A stretch of 63,731 nucleotides of DNA, filler included, from Reticulomyxa filosa (taxonomy: Eukaryota; Protista; Foraminifera), in NCBI GenBank assembly GCA_000512085.1. It is 24 parts of 24 records of this genome, joined end to end, with 100 filler letters (N's around TTAATTAATTAA, not from the genome) between each part and the next. Parts side by side here need not be neighbours in the genome. Positions count along the whole stretch, not along the records: positions 48,028 to 50,274 come from ASPP01003500.1; positions 50,375 to 51,438 come from ASPP01037218.1; positions 51,539 to 55,810 come from ASPP01001691.1; positions 55,911 to 57,602 come from ASPP01043701.1; positions 57,703 to 60,092 come from ASPP01015936.1; positions 60,193 to 61,788 come from ASPP01046214.1; 18 more parts are not named here. One strand, given 5' to 3'. The notes under the pieces were generated by a model. That model was given only the letters and a program-made list of their open reading frames with translations, did no database searches and had not been told where the DNA came from. A program made the translations under genes and the position numbers. This document shows positions 48,076-61,504 of the stretch, piece after piece. Within the stretch, counting starts at the first letter, position 1; each line of letters begins with the position of its first letter.

Positions 48076-49471
48076 AGCTCAAAATTCTTGCAGAGATTGA
48101 AGAATTAAAAAAAGACATGATAGATAAGACCACACAAATGCAAATCCAAGATAACGACAAACAAAAAATGAAAGAAGATATCCACAAACGTTTCGAAACT
48201 ATTCGATTGAAAGAAAAGAAAATTTCCGAGAGACAAAGTGAAATAGATAAGCTGCAAAGTGAAAACAACCAAGAAATACTCAAACTTCGTTGTGATATGG
48301 AAAATATAAAAACAGACTTTGTTGAAAAAGCAAAGCAGATATTATTGTCTTGTCATGAACAAAGGGAATATATATGTAATAAAGTCCCTCACAAAAATTC
48401 TAATGATAATTCAAGTAAAAATGAAATCGATCTTCACTTGTTTGGCTCTGACAGACAATCCAATACTCTCATTGGACATACTGGCACTGTGTGGGGTATT
48501 GATTACGGAATATTTGATGATGGCAAGCGATTCATTTGCTCTGGGTCAAATGATAAAACCATACGGGTATGGGAAGCAGATACAACCAAACAGGTGGGCA
48601 TTGCTAAGATGCATTCAAAAGATGTATATTGTGTAAAATTTTCATCATATCATTATCACCATAAAAATTGTCATTCTGTCATTTGCTCAGCATCAGATGA
48701 TACAACTATTCGTTTTTGGGATTTTAAAACCAATAAAGAAATTCAAACATCCAAGAAAAAATGGGCACATCCAAATGGTCATACTGACGGTATTAGCAGT
48801 ATTGAATTTTCTCCATTCAATGGTGGTCAATATTTATGTTCTGGATCATTTGATAATACAATTAAATGTGGGATGTACACACAATGAAAAAGCTGCATGT
48901 TTTCAATGGACATACAGACTGCGTTAGATCTGTGGCTTTTTCACCATCGCATAGTGAAAAAGATAATGCAAATATTCATGGCGCTGGATATACAATATGT
49001 TCTGGATCAACTGATAATACCATTCGCGTATGGGATATTGGAACATATAAACATGTGATTACTTTTCAAGGACATGAAGATACAGTGAATTGTGTAAAAT
49101 ATTTGCCATGTGAATCAAAAATTAGTGGTGGGGCAAATATAATATGTTCTGTGTCATATGATAAAACAGTCCGTTTATGGGATGTTCGATCCAAAAAACA
49201 AATTCAGATTTTTAAAGGACACAAAGATGAAGTATATTGTATTGAATATACATCATTTGAAATTGGTGGTGCACAAGCAATATGTTCTGGATCAAAAGAC
49301 AATACTATTCGTTTTTGGGATGTTCGAACCAACAAACAATTGCTTAAAATTCAAGGGAATGACAATGATCACGGAATACATTGCATTCAATTTTTGCCAT
49401 TAGACAAAAACAATCATAATATATTATGTTATGGGTCAGGAAGTGGGACAATTCGTTTCAACATATTTTAG
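48076..49471 (+). CDS. Coiled-coil + WD40-repeat protein with a 1-nt frameshift at about 48865
   Basis: WD40 repeats continue across ORFs 48117-48887 and 48866-49471. ATT AAA TGT GGG would read IKMWD with one extra A. Confidence 0.88.
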
Positions 49472-49919
49472 AAATTTTTTTTTGTTTTAACTTTGAAAGT
49501 GACAAACAATCTATGTTCAAATGTTTTATCATAAAACGACATTCGAAGAAAATATTGCATGTACTACATTATCTCTTTACGACAAACTTAGTCGTCGAAA
49601 AGAGCTTTTTGTTTAAAAAAAAAATTGTCAACATCATTTAAATGACCTTTCAATATTTTCAGTTCTTGATTCAACATTCTATATTCGAATAGTTTTCTGA
49701 ACAAGACATAACAATTGACCACAGAGAGAAAATCTTTCAAAAATTAAAAATATTTAACATATATCAATTATATTAAAATTATCACTACGTTGGAGTGCAA
49801 GATTAAAAATTGAACTCAAGTTTTTTTGACAACACAAAAAAGGGTTTTTTTATCATACAGAAATCCTCTGACATTACACAAGAGTTTTTTTGAAGATTTA
49901 AGAGTAAAATCCTTCAAAC

Positions 49920-50274
49920 ATGAGTGAAGCCAAGGAAGACAACACGATAAAAGGAGTTTTATTCTCTTTTAACCAACAATCATGCTTTAACAAAGATTGG
50001 ATTTTACAATTAAATCAGCCAAAAGTAGTTGATGATTTTATTTGTTTAATTTGTAAACAAGTTGTCAATAATCCAGTTGAAATCAATTGTCCTCAACATG
50101 AAGATGTGGAAGAGACACTACTTGCTGGAGAGGATTGTTTAAAGCAGCTCTTGTTCAATAATGATAACACTTGTCCAGTTCAATCTCATACCAATTGCAA
50201 ATATGGTAAAAATAAGCTGGCAAAGCGATACATCAATGATTTAATTGTAAAATGTCCAAGACAATATCAACAAG
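49920..50274 (+). CDS. RING/TRAF-type zinc-finger protein, 3' partial
   Basis: CLICKQV...CPQH...GEDCLKQLL...CPVQSH...INDLIVKCP. Confidence 0.8.
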
Positions 50275-50399
50275 NNNNNNNNNNNNNNNNNNNNNNNNNN
50301 NNNNNNNNNNNNNNNNNNTTAATTAATTAANNNNNNNNNNNNNNNNNNNNNNNNNNNNNNNNNNNNNNNNNNNNAATACAACAAGGAATTTTATTTGAA

Positions 50400-51145
50400 A
50401 GAATACGTATGTGAATGTAGTATCGTGATGCTAGTAAGCAATTTTGGATATATCATGACAAAGCAAAAAAATTTTACTTCAGCATCATCACACATACGTA
50501 TCAAAAAGCATCTGTTAACTAAGCGCAATAAAAAGTTACGTTTATAGTTCGCCAAAAAACACAAATCATGTACTAAAAATTAGTGTAAAAAAGTAATTTT
50601 TCCCGATGAAACGAAAATAAATCGTTTCGGAAGTGAAGGAAAATAATACATTTGGCGAATACATAATGAAATGGTTTCCGATCGTACTACTAAGCCTACT
50701 GTGAAAGGTGGTATATGAAGCATGATGATTTGTGGATTTATGGGGGCAAAAGGGGTCAGTGATGCTACCAAAGTCACAGTAACTGTTAAGTCTGAGTTTT
50801 ATAAAGAGATTCTCGCTGATGAAATGTGGAACTATCATCAATATTGTCTCGAAGAAAAGTATCTTTCAGCAAGACAATGCATATTGTCATAAGTCAAATT
50901 CAACTATGGAATTTTTGGAGAACATCATCAGCATAGCCCAGACCTAAATCCAATCGAGAATATGTGGCGAATTATAAAGATGAAGATAAATCAAAACTAT
51001 GATTTACATCTTTGGAGAAGCTTTGGGAGGTGTTGAGAAAGAATTGTAAGATATTGACAAAGATATTTGTAGAACGTTAGTGGAATCAATGCCTGATAGG
51101 ATAAAAGTTTTGATCAAAGCAATGTGTGGACATACGAAATATTAA
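50400..51145 (+). mobile_element. Decayed Tc1/mariner (Tc1-type DDE) transposase
   Basis: VIFPDETKINRFGS, KPTVKGG, SPDLNPIENMW, CRTLVESMPDRIKVLIKA.CGHTKY*. Stops and frameshifts present. Confidence 0.9.
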
Positions 51146-51547
51146 GAATTTTTGTTGTTTTTTTGTTTGTTTTTATTTGTTTGTAGCGGTAGTTATTATA
51201 TATCTACTTTGGAAGTATCTTGTAAATAATTTTGTAAAAAGCAAATACATTATGCAACATGCCTCAATGTGATGTGGATATGGTGCCTCAATTCAAATCA
51301 TTTTTGAAAATTTTTTCTTACAACAACTTTTCTAAATTTTTGTTTATTGTTTTTACAAACTACTTATAAAAGCGTAAACGTATATCCAGTAAACCAATTT
51401 GCTACTCAAATTTTTGTTAGAAAAACAAAAAGTTCATANNNNNNNNNNNNNNNNNNNNNNNNNNNNNNNNNNNNNNNNNNNNTTAATTAATTAANNNNNN
51501 NNNNNNNNNNNNNNNNNNNNNNNNNNNNNNNNNNNNNNGGGGGGTTG

Positions 51548-51583
<36 letters not shown>

Positions 51584-51584
<1 letters not shown>

Positions 51585-52205
51585 ACTTTGTGAAGGTTGG
51601 AAATAACGCAGGGCTCGTCGAGAAAGGGTCCCCACAATACTTTCTAAGTACAAAGCCTGTGCATTCACCCAAAACCCAGAGTACAAACGCTTGAAACCTT
51701 CGTCCAAACACTGTGTCCAATTGTTGGACACAGTGACGCTCGTCGATTGCCCGTCGCTCACGGACGCTCTTTTGTCTCCTTCCAATGGCACAAATGTCCG
51801 AATGTATAGATTACGCAGTGGATACACGAACACGGAGGACATCAACCGTGGGATAAATCTTCGCAACATGGTCTTCACCAACGACAGCTGGGCACTCTCA
51901 AATCCTTGCTGTTGAAACAGGTGGTCACAAGATCCAAATATTGCTGTTATCAAACTTGATGGAATATACCCTAAACAAAAATATGGAAGTCCTTGCCACA
52001 ATTGATATATATTTGTCAGTTCATTTGCTATCTTAAAATTTCTGCTAAATATCGTGTTCTCTTTTCTATCACCGACAGAACGTAACAGCACTGCTGTCTT
52101 CACGTTTTCGAGCGGCTGCGTTATCATCTTCTTCAATAAAAAGCTGCCACTATCAATGATAAGTACCTCTTCAGCACTTAATATTAAGGTCCTTTCCAAT
52201 TCCAT
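51584..52205 (-). CDS. Divergent mitochondrial carrier (SLC25)-like protein, 3' partial
   Basis: ITQPLENVKT (PX[DE]XXK), LWQGL, FVYPLRNLYIR, EGFKRLYSGF. Confidence 0.6.
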
Positions 52206-52669
52206 CAGAGTTTGTTATTGTTTATTACTTTTTCCAGCTCGGTCCTTTCAAAAAAAATACATTTCCTGGAAAGGTCCATGTTCAAGTTAAACTATATTCT
52301 GACGATACAGACAATTACGACGCAAAACCACATGATAACCTCTTCGCCTAAACTAATCTTTCATAAATAAAAAATTACTAAATTTGCGTAAATACGATAG
52401 TAATTTACTCAAATGGTAAATTTTACGCATTCATTCGTAAATCATAGTCAACACACAGATTTCCAAGAAGAACAATTTCATTAGTACTATGTTGTTTTCT
52501 TGGCATGCAATACAATAAGTGTGTATCAACTGACCTGTGCTCAAAAAAAAAGTTAACGTATGTTTTTGGCGTAAAGTACCAACGGGGCGCCCGAGGGTTG
52601 TTTTGAGGTTGAATCTAGAACTTTTAAAGTTCTTGTCTTTTTGGTTATGCTTTGGTAAATTAAAAAGAA

Positions 52670-54105
52670 ATGATAGAAGTTCTCACAATTGAAGTAGGCC
52701 AAGCCGGTATACAATTAGGTAGCGCCATTTTGGAACAATACTGTGCAGAGCACGGAATTGACCACAACGGCAAAAGAAAAGAGAGCTCAGGAAAAGATGA
52801 CTCTTTTAAAGTTTTCTTTGAAGAAACATGTAGTGGCCAATTTGTTCCTCGTAAACTTGTAGTTAAGTACTCCATTTGGCGTTTCGTTTTTCCGTTTTCC
52901 GTATAATATGAGATAAAAATAGGTTTGACTTGGAACCAAATGTGATCGATGGTGTGAAAAACGGCCCTTTTGCGGCAATATTCTACCCTGAGTTTTTAGT
53001 CAATTGGAAAGAGGACGCAGCAAATAACTTTGCCCGTGGTCATTATACAATCGGTAAACAAGTTATCGATAAAATAAATGACCGATTGAGAAAACTTGTC
53101 GATCATTGCGACAATGTTATGGGCTTTGTAATTGGACACAGTGTAGGCGGAGGCACTGGCTCAGGGCTTGGCGCCTTAATTTTGGAACGTTTGGCTGTTG
53201 ATTATAGAAAAAAAACAAAAATTGGTTTTGAAATTTACCAATCACCAAACTTGTCAACCTGCGTAGTTGAGCCTTACAATGAGTTATTGGCGACTCACTG
53301 GTTATTAGACCACACTGAAGTTTCTTTATTGTTGGACAATGAGGCCATTTATGGAATTTACCAAAAACAATTGCGAATTGCTAAACCAGATTTAGACAAC
53401 TTGAACAAATTAATTTAGAAAGTTATCTCCGCTATGACTGCGTCTTTGCGATTTAGCGGTGAATTGAATGTAGATTTGAACGAGTTTCAAACAAACTTGG
53501 TCCCTTTCCATCGTTTACACTTTATGACTACTGGAATGAGTCCAATTATTCCAAAAGTCGATGTATCAACAGCGCCAAACGATGTCCAAAAAATCACCGA
53601 TGATTGCTTTAAGCCAGCGAATTGGTTTGTTAAATACACTGAATTTGATCCTGCCGAAGATAAATATATGGCTATATCTTTAAATTATCGTGATGACATT
53701 AAATCAAAAGAAGCTAATGCAACAGTACAATGGTTGAAGAGTAACAACAAAGTCACCTTAGTTGAATGGTGTCTAACTGGTTTCAAGATTGGCTTAAATG
53801 AGTTGCCAGCAGTAACTTTAGAATCTGATGATATCGTAGCTTTTAGCAAAAATGCTATTATGATTGCGAACAATACTGGCATTTCTCGAGTTTTAAGTAA
53901 ATGCATTGCACAAAAATATGATTTGATGTACTCACAAAGAGAATTTGTTCACTGGTACGTGTGAGAAGGTATGTAAGAAGGAGAATTTGCTGAAGTTAGT
54001 GAAGATTTAGGCTTCTTAGAAAAAGATTATTTAGATGTTTTGATTAAACAACCAACTGATGATGTTGGCGATGATAACGCTAGCGATGACGCATGTGACA
54101 ATTGA
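52670..54105 (+). pseudogene. Divergent alpha-tubulin (alpha2-like) pseudogene with an intron remnant at about 52860-52922
   Basis: GQAGIQ, KEDAANNFARGHYT, GGGTGSG, LNVDLNEFQTNLVP, FVHWYV*EGM*EGEF. In-frame stops at 53416 (TAG), 53962 (TGA) and 53974 (TAA). Confidence 0.9.
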
Positions 54106-54988
54106 GCTCAATAATTTGTAATATCATTTTTTTGTAAAGCAACTGATTGTTTTCCTGCTGCTGAAAGAGGTTTGCAAACTGTAATACGAAAGGTTTTCGC
54201 TCTTTTGAACAATTTAAAACAAAATATTAATGATTTAAATAAAAGAGAAAATAAACAACAAGATTCAACAAGTGAAAGATAAAAGACAAGTCGTGAAAGT
54301 GAGTAGTGTGTTTTTAGAATAAAGGGTTCCAAAGTTCACTTGTCGTGCGCGAATTACTTATTACGACATCATGATTACTACACCATGTGACCAAAAGTGT
54401 CATTTGTATTTCTTTTTAAATTTAATTGAATTTTTTTTGTATATCGTAGGACGTCTGCTTCTAACAGTCCACACTAACTTTAATACGATAGGTTCGCTAC
54501 TTAAAGAAAGTGTAAATTCCTTGAAACGAAATTAAATTAAATAAGTAAAACGTAAATTGATAAGAAATGAAAGAAAAGAGACAAATGAGAAAGAAGTAAG
54601 TTGTTAGAAAAGTTTATCCTACTGTGGATTCATCAGTTACATTTTCGTTCAAGTATTCATAGAGGGACTTGTCCTATAATAGAATAATTTTTTTTCGCCA
54701 ACTTTCGTTTTCTGACTGCATCCTTTTGAAAAAAAGCAATTAATGAAAATTTTTAACGAATCCTCTGAATATGTTTACTTATTTTATTTTTGAAGCAACG
54801 AAATGTTTGGAATTGATCATTCACAAATGTAGATCAAAAAAGTGCTTGGTTTTTTGGAAGATTGCAACTTTACATTTTTCAAAAGCGTCAAGAGTTTGAT
54901 CAAGGTGTCAAGTTGAGCTATGATTTTACCTACTAACTTTTTACTTACACCAAAAAATTAAACCACAAAAAATATTCACACGAATAAA

Positions 54989-55810
54989 TCAAGTCGACCA
55001 GTGCCCTCCTTCGATCCATGTTTCAATCATGTATTGACTATTGGCAGGTTGGTTCATTGGCACCAAATGTCCACTATTGGATACGACAAAATAAGTTAAC
55101 AATTGGTTGTCTGATGGTAAAACTTTAACGTATCCAATAGTGACATTAGCATCTTGAGTGGGATCATAGCGATAAACAGCTTGCTTGACGGCTAGATCAA
55201 TCCAAATGCCTTTATAATTCATTTGATCTAAACACATCTGAACTCCTAAATTATTGCAAATGCTACCGTCGAATTGACCATTATAAAATAGTATTGGCAA
55301 GCCAGTGTCCAACAACTCTTTAACAATAATAGCACTGTTATTTTGGACGATGTCGTATTTTAAAGCATCGTACACTGGATTAGGACTGCTTGTCCCATCG
55401 CTATCATTGAATGTATGATTAACTGTGTGTACTGCCTCTTTTACATCTGGGCGATTAGAAAAGCCGTTTAAAGTAATGCTCAAATCTAAGTTGTTTTTTT
55501 TTTTGCACGTGAAATACGCGAAAGACTTCTCAAAAGTAAAAAATTTCAAGCTTAACATACCATTGAAAGCATTGCCGTTAGTTACTCGAATATCATATTG
55601 GAAGATATTTCCACCGTACACTGAATAAATATCGTTGGTCGCATTAACGCACAAATCAGCGGCAGTGTCATTGTTCTATTTTCAGAAATCATACAGAATA
55701 GCGCGCGCGAACAAATTTACTAAAAAAAAAAAAAAAAAAAAGAGAATCGTGTACGTAACAATTTTAGTCAAATTGTACAAACAGTAATTGACGATGCTGG
55801 TGAGATTATC
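54989..55810 (-). CDS. Serine carboxypeptidase (S10), C-terminal part, with introns
   Basis: QYDIR, ILFYNGQFDGSICNNLG, VSNSGHLVPMNQP (catalytic His). Confidence 0.88.
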
Positions 55811-57309
55811 NNNNNNNNNNNNNNNNNNNNNNNNNNNNNNNNNNNNNNNNNNNNTTAATTAATTAANNNNNNNNNNNNNNNNNNNNNNNNNNNNNNNNNN
55901 NNNNNNNNNNAGCGCAAAAATTTATAAGAATTGATAATAAAACAAGCTATTTAAAGCTTTTTCAAAAAATAATTTCTAGTGGCGCTCACGTTGTCACTCT
56001 TGAGCTGAAAATGTAGCCTCTTGATACTGCTGTCAAAGAGGTGGCAGATTTACTCGTAGATAGTTCATACACTTTGACAGTGAAGTGATTTGTATAATTT
56101 GCTATTGCATGACTGTATCAACAAACTGTTTCGAACACAGATTAGCATTTACGATTTAACTTTTTTTGCACAGTTTTCTGTCGTTTCTTTTTGCTTTCGT
56201 CCTTAAATTTTTTTTTTGACACGAACTAGGACATTAAACAAAATGGACAATATAAATTTTTAAAAATATTTTTGTTCAGAATTACAACTTAAAAAAAATT
56301 TCAGGAAATTTAAAATTTTAAGTTTTATCAGTTGATATATCAATTTTCTTTAAAAAATAATTTTTATAAAAAGTGTGATTCATGTGAACGAATCAGGACA
56401 TATAAATATATTTAAAAACTTGTAGTTATCGCACGAAAATAAAACCAATTGTTGCCCAGGTCAAGGGCATTTTATTTATATATATTTTTTTATATTAATT
56501 ATAAGGTACTGTATGCAGAAAAATATTTAGTATATATACTATTTCATTTTGCATGAATGACACTTCTTTTTTTTTTTGAAATTACTTTATTTACAAATTT
56601 ATTTAATCTTTTAAAAAAATTGATTTCTTGATTTGTGATAATATAAATGGAAAAAAACACGTATGAGTGTAAATGAATTAGATTTCAGACAGAGAATGTG
56701 TTGGAAAAGAAAAGAAGCTAATCAAATGACTATTGACCAAATGAATGATTGAAGTAAAAGATTTGTCATATCTTTGGCTTCCAACACCAGCATACGATCA
56801 TTTTAATTTTTTAAAAAAGACATAAAAGATGACAAATTTGCTAAATTTTGATACTGGTCATTCGTATTGTCAACCCAATTTTCTTTTATGCATTACGACG
56901 ATAACTCGGCAAGAAGACAAAAACTCAAAAAAAAAATTTGAAATATTCTGGAATGATAATCATTATGTCCTTTCAAATCCTCTATTTTCAGTTTTTCATT
57001 GCTTCGATATATAATTTAAACTACTTATACATTATTCTGAGACTTCCTGATTGTCTTGAAGATAAGAGAGTTGATCAAGTTATCACTACTCGCTCGATTT
57101 TTGAGTAATGGAAAAAATGTGCACAAAAGTGGCTGAAAATTGTATTTATTTCAATTATAATTGATAGTTAAATGTGAGTTTATCTGCAATTTGATATTGA
57201 TTTAGCTGAAAAAAAAGGAAAGGTGCACAAGAAGTTAATCTCTTAAATTTTTTTTTTCAGTTCGAGTAACAGACACTGCAAAAAATTGACTCTTCATTAT
57301 TTTACACTT

Positions 57310-57602
57310 TTACGTATCCCAGTCGTTATCTTCTAATTCTTTGCTTGTTTCATGCATAAAGTCGATCCGTTTGTCATAAACATAACCTTTGTCACCAGGA
57401 CGAATTCTTGCTATGCTATAAGAGTCACCCATTTGTGACTGCGTGTTTTTACTTTCATTTTTGTCATTTGTAGGCCTATGTTGGAATAGCCTCTCGATTA
57501 GTATCTTCAACTTGAAAGAATCGACGGCTGCAAGCAGCTTCTTGTCTGTTTTTCGAAGCACTTTCATCACTGTTGTTGCATCTTGTATCTCCTCCGGTGC
57601 TA
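57310..57602 (-). CDS. 3' end of an unidentified protein
   Basis: Open frame from the contig edge, ending YVYDKRIDF...DNDWDT*. Confidence 0.5.
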
Positions 57603-57720
57603 NNNNNNNNNNNNNNNNNNNNNNNNNNNNNNNNNNNNNNNNNNNNTTAATTAATTAANNNNNNNNNNNNNNNNNNNNNNNNNNNNNNNNNNNNNNNNNN
57701 NNAATAATATAGCCTTTGGA

Positions 57721-59348
57721 ATGGATATCGTTGCCAATGCTTCGCACTTCAATGCCGACGTCGACATGAAAAATGGAGTCGAAAGTCGCAGTACACATGT
57801 GATCAATAACGAAGGTGGCAACTCGATGATGACGATGATAGGCGTCGATATGGACAAGATGACAAAGGCAATCTCGAGTGGGTCAAGCGGACAGGACAAC
57901 TTTGGTACGTCCTCCTCCTTCTCTTCTTTGCAATCGCACATGCAAATCAATAAACCCGCGCACATTATTACGCTCGCCCCTCCGTGTATCGTCGACTCGA
58001 GCCTCGCAGACGGACTTAATGTTAATGCTACCACGAACAGCAATCTGAACACGCATACACATTTGAACAATAACAATGGCAACACCGGCGTCGGCTCCAA
58101 CACGGGCGAGGGAGGAGATGAGGTCACTGTGCTGTTGGAAACCACCGGCACGGCGTTGGCGGCACAATCCAAAGTTCCTGCACCTTTGTTACAGCCTGGA
58201 ATGACGTCTAATTTGTTGCTCATGGGCAATCACGACCCATCCGGCGCTTCCGCGTCCAATGACAATATCAACAACATTGTCATGGAAATGGAAAACCCAA
58301 AGGAAATTATGGAAAAAAGAAAGGTGTTGCTTAAAAAGTTTAAGGAATATCTCAAAGAATTGGACTTGATCGACTCGGATCGCAAAAAAAAAGGAGGGAG
58401 GAACGTCGGAGAAAGGCAAGAGAGCGCGAACGAGAACGGGAAAAGGAGAGGGAAAAGAAAAGAAAAAGAAAAAGAGAAGGAAAAGAAAAGGAGAGAGAGC
58501 GGGAAAGGGAAAAGAGAAGGAAAGAGAAAAGAGAAGGAAAGAGAAAAAGAGAAAGAAAAAGAGAGAGAGCGAGAGAGAGAAAAGGAAAAAGAAAAAGAAA
58601 AAGAAAAAGAGAGAGAGAAAGAAAAAGAGAAAGAGAAAGAAAAAGAAAAAGAAAAAGAAAGAGAAAGAGAAAAGGAAAAGGAGAGGGAGAAAGAGAAAGA
58701 AAAAGAAAAAGAGAGAGAAAGGGAACGCGAAAGAGAAAGAGAGAAGGAAAAGGAAAGAGAAAGAGAAAGGGAAAGGGAAAAAGAAAGAGAAAGAGAAAGA
58801 GACAAAGACAAGGAAATGAGGTATGCTTTACAAAAAAAAAAAAAAATTAAATGATTATGTTAATAATAGGCAAACAACATGACAATATTTATTTGAATTG
58901 GAAAAAAAAAAAAAGAAATTTAGAAAAAGACAAATTAAAAGAAAAAGAAAAAGAAAGAGAGAAAGACAAAGAACAAGAAAAAAACAAAGAAAAAGATAAA
59001 AAAAATGCCAACAACTCAGTCTCGTCTTCACCTACCCGAAGTGACCGGGACAAAGATAGAAATAGAAAAGACAAGGACAAAGAACGAGGAGACAAAGACA
59101 GAGAAAGGGAGAGAGAAAGAGACAAAGAACGAGAAAGAGAAAAAGAGAGAGGAGATCGAGATCGAGACAGAGAAAGAGAAAGAGAGAGAGACAGAGAAAG
59201 GGACAGAGAGCGAGACAGAGAGCGCGAAGGTTACAAAGAAAAGGAAACAGAAAGAAATCGAGATCGTGACAGAGAACGGGACAAGGAAAAAGAAAGAAAT
59301 AGCAGAGACTATGATACAAGACACAAGGAGAGAGACAGAAGAAGATAA
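57721..59348 (+). CDS. Mixed-charge (RE/RD/KE-rich) low-complexity protein, intron at about 58822-58923
   Basis: Long EK/ER/DR dipeptide runs encoded by purine-only sequence with mixed codons. Confidence 0.7.
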
Positions 59349-60243
59349 ACCGTGTTGTTGTTTTTTTTGCCTATGTTCTTTTTTCAAATTTACAAGATGT
59401 TTACCTTTCAAGCGTTTTAAACGCGCAAAAAATTCGAAACAATTTAATCCAATGATTATATTACAAAACATAATTTTTCCTTTCACCTTTTTTTTATCTG
59501 CAACCGCTTGTCATATGATTTCCGGGTCGATTGGCAACGTTTTAACTCTATATTTTGAAATCAAGAAAAAGTGATGGCAGCACACGGAAAGTTGAAAAAA
59601 TTTTTGGCATCATCAAAGTTAAATTAATATTGACTATGTGTTATTTTTGTAAAAGGGAAATTTTGTCATGTAGGTTACAAATGATGCTAGCTCTAAGTGT
59701 TTCTTCTTTTTGCTATTAATACAATTAAATCAACTATGATACACTTCAAAAAAAGAAAGTTATGAAGCATTTGCATTTAATACATTAAAGTAACGATAAA
59801 AAAAATATGAACAAAGATTGTATATATGATATATCTTTGACAGGAAAAAAAAAACGGAGGATAAAATGTTGTTGACTAAGAAAAGTGTGTTATCATGCTT
59901 ACTTTTTGTTCTTATAAAATATTGTATATTAATATCCAATAGTCAAAGCTACTTTATATGATTTGACTATATTTATTATCTTTTAGTGTGTATATTAAAA
60001 ATCATCAAATTTTGATCCAAAAATGGAGTGTTTTGATTGATTTTTTTATATTATTCTTACACTTTAACGATAATGAAAAGTAATAAGAGTTTNNNNNNNN
60101 NNNNNNNNNNNNNNNNNNNNNNNNNNNNNNNNNNNNTTAATTAATTAANNNNNNNNNNNNNNNNNNNNNNNNNNNNNNNNNNNNNNNNNNNNAAAAAAAA
60201 AAAAAAAAATTAATTTGGTATGTATGCAATAAATGTGTATTAG

Positions 60244-61504
60244 GATCCCTCGACACAGAATTATTGGCGAAAATGCGCGACCATGGACCCGATTATCTTG
60301 ACGCGGTGGCCAATTACGAGAGCAATGTGATAAATTGGAACATTGTGTATGCGACTGAGTTTGCACGTTGGAACGACTCGCTCGTGTTTTTGTATTTGAG
60401 TGATGGCATGTTTTGGATGGACCACCCGTTTTGTGTATTGGATGCCGCGGGGTGGTCGGATGATGAACAACTCGAAGCAGCGGGCATATTCATCCAGTTT
60501 GCGACGGGCGTGAAATATATGCAAGATTTGCTACGCTTTGGCATTCGTCCGATTCCTAGCGCTGGGATTAATAATATCACGTGCTGTCAATCCACTATTG
60601 CCACCATATATGGCGCTAATCCTCAATTCAACTCGGATACCAATCCGGTTATTCCATATCCCACTGATGATGTTATGAATGAGGTATTGGAGACTTGGCA
60701 TAAAATCAAAAAAGTTGCTTGCATTGCTATGATTGTTGATACGTCGGGGTCCATGTCTAATACTGATAGTTTAATTTTATACGTATATACGTATGTATAT
60801 ATATATATATGTATATGTATATATTTTTTTTTTTTTTTTTTTTATACGTTTGTTAAAATTATCTAATGTCGTATTTTGTTTTGTGGATTTTGTGCATGTT
60901 GTAGGTTTTGCCAAAAGTCGTTTGGAATATGCCAAGACTGCAGTAAGGCAGTTTTTAAATAGCATGGAGGACCATGATTACTTGGTGGCTTATTCTTTTA
61001 ACGATATCAAGTTCAGCAAAGCGTCACATGAGGGATTGAAAGCTAATGTTCGGAGTCAATTAGGTACATTTTTTATTTTTTATTTTTTAAATGTATACAA
61101 TTGTTTGTGTTTGTGTGATAAAAGTGAATTGGGCGAATAGTCTTACTGCATTTGGTGGAACGCCATTGTACAAAACAATGTGGGCAGCATGGAAACATTT
61201 GACTAATATAAAAACAGCAAATGAACAAAATGGAACACAATGGAATTACGGATTGGTTGTATTAACAGATGGAAATGACTCAACAAGTACTGCAACTGAA
61301 CACAACAATCTGATTAATTCATATCCAACTTCCGTTGAAGCATCCAACGATCCCACAGTAATACACATTTTCCCTATTGTTTTTGGCGATCTAGAAAGTC
61401 AAGGCGATTTGGATAATTTGGCACAAGTCAGCGGTGGTCTTGGTTTTGAAGCAAATAAGGATAATCTCAATGATATTTATTATCAAATATCATTAGAATT
61501 TTGA
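60244..61504 (+). CDS. Extracellular solute-binding-domain + von Willebrand A protein (bacterial-type architecture), 5' partial, with introns
   Basis: GPDYLDAVANYESNVI...DGMFWMDHPFCVL...GIRP, then VDTSGSM (MIDAS), SRLEYAKTAV, GGTPLY, VVLTDGND. Confidence 0.85.

Noticed and set aside
48860-48890. Programmed frameshifts in WD40 genes (also near 63370)
   Set aside because: There is no slippery heptamer or stimulator. A one-base loss in a short A-run fits sequencing error or pseudogenisation.
53416-53976. Stop-codon reassignment or readthrough suggested by in-frame stops in tubulin
   Set aside because: Three different stops replace different residues and other missense lesions are present. Intact genes in the window end normally in TAA, TAG or TGA. 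Pseudogene decay is the simpler explanation.
58189-59486. Minus-strand (SF/SL)n ORFs
   Set aside because: They are antisense of the purine-rich EK/ER/DR coding repeats.
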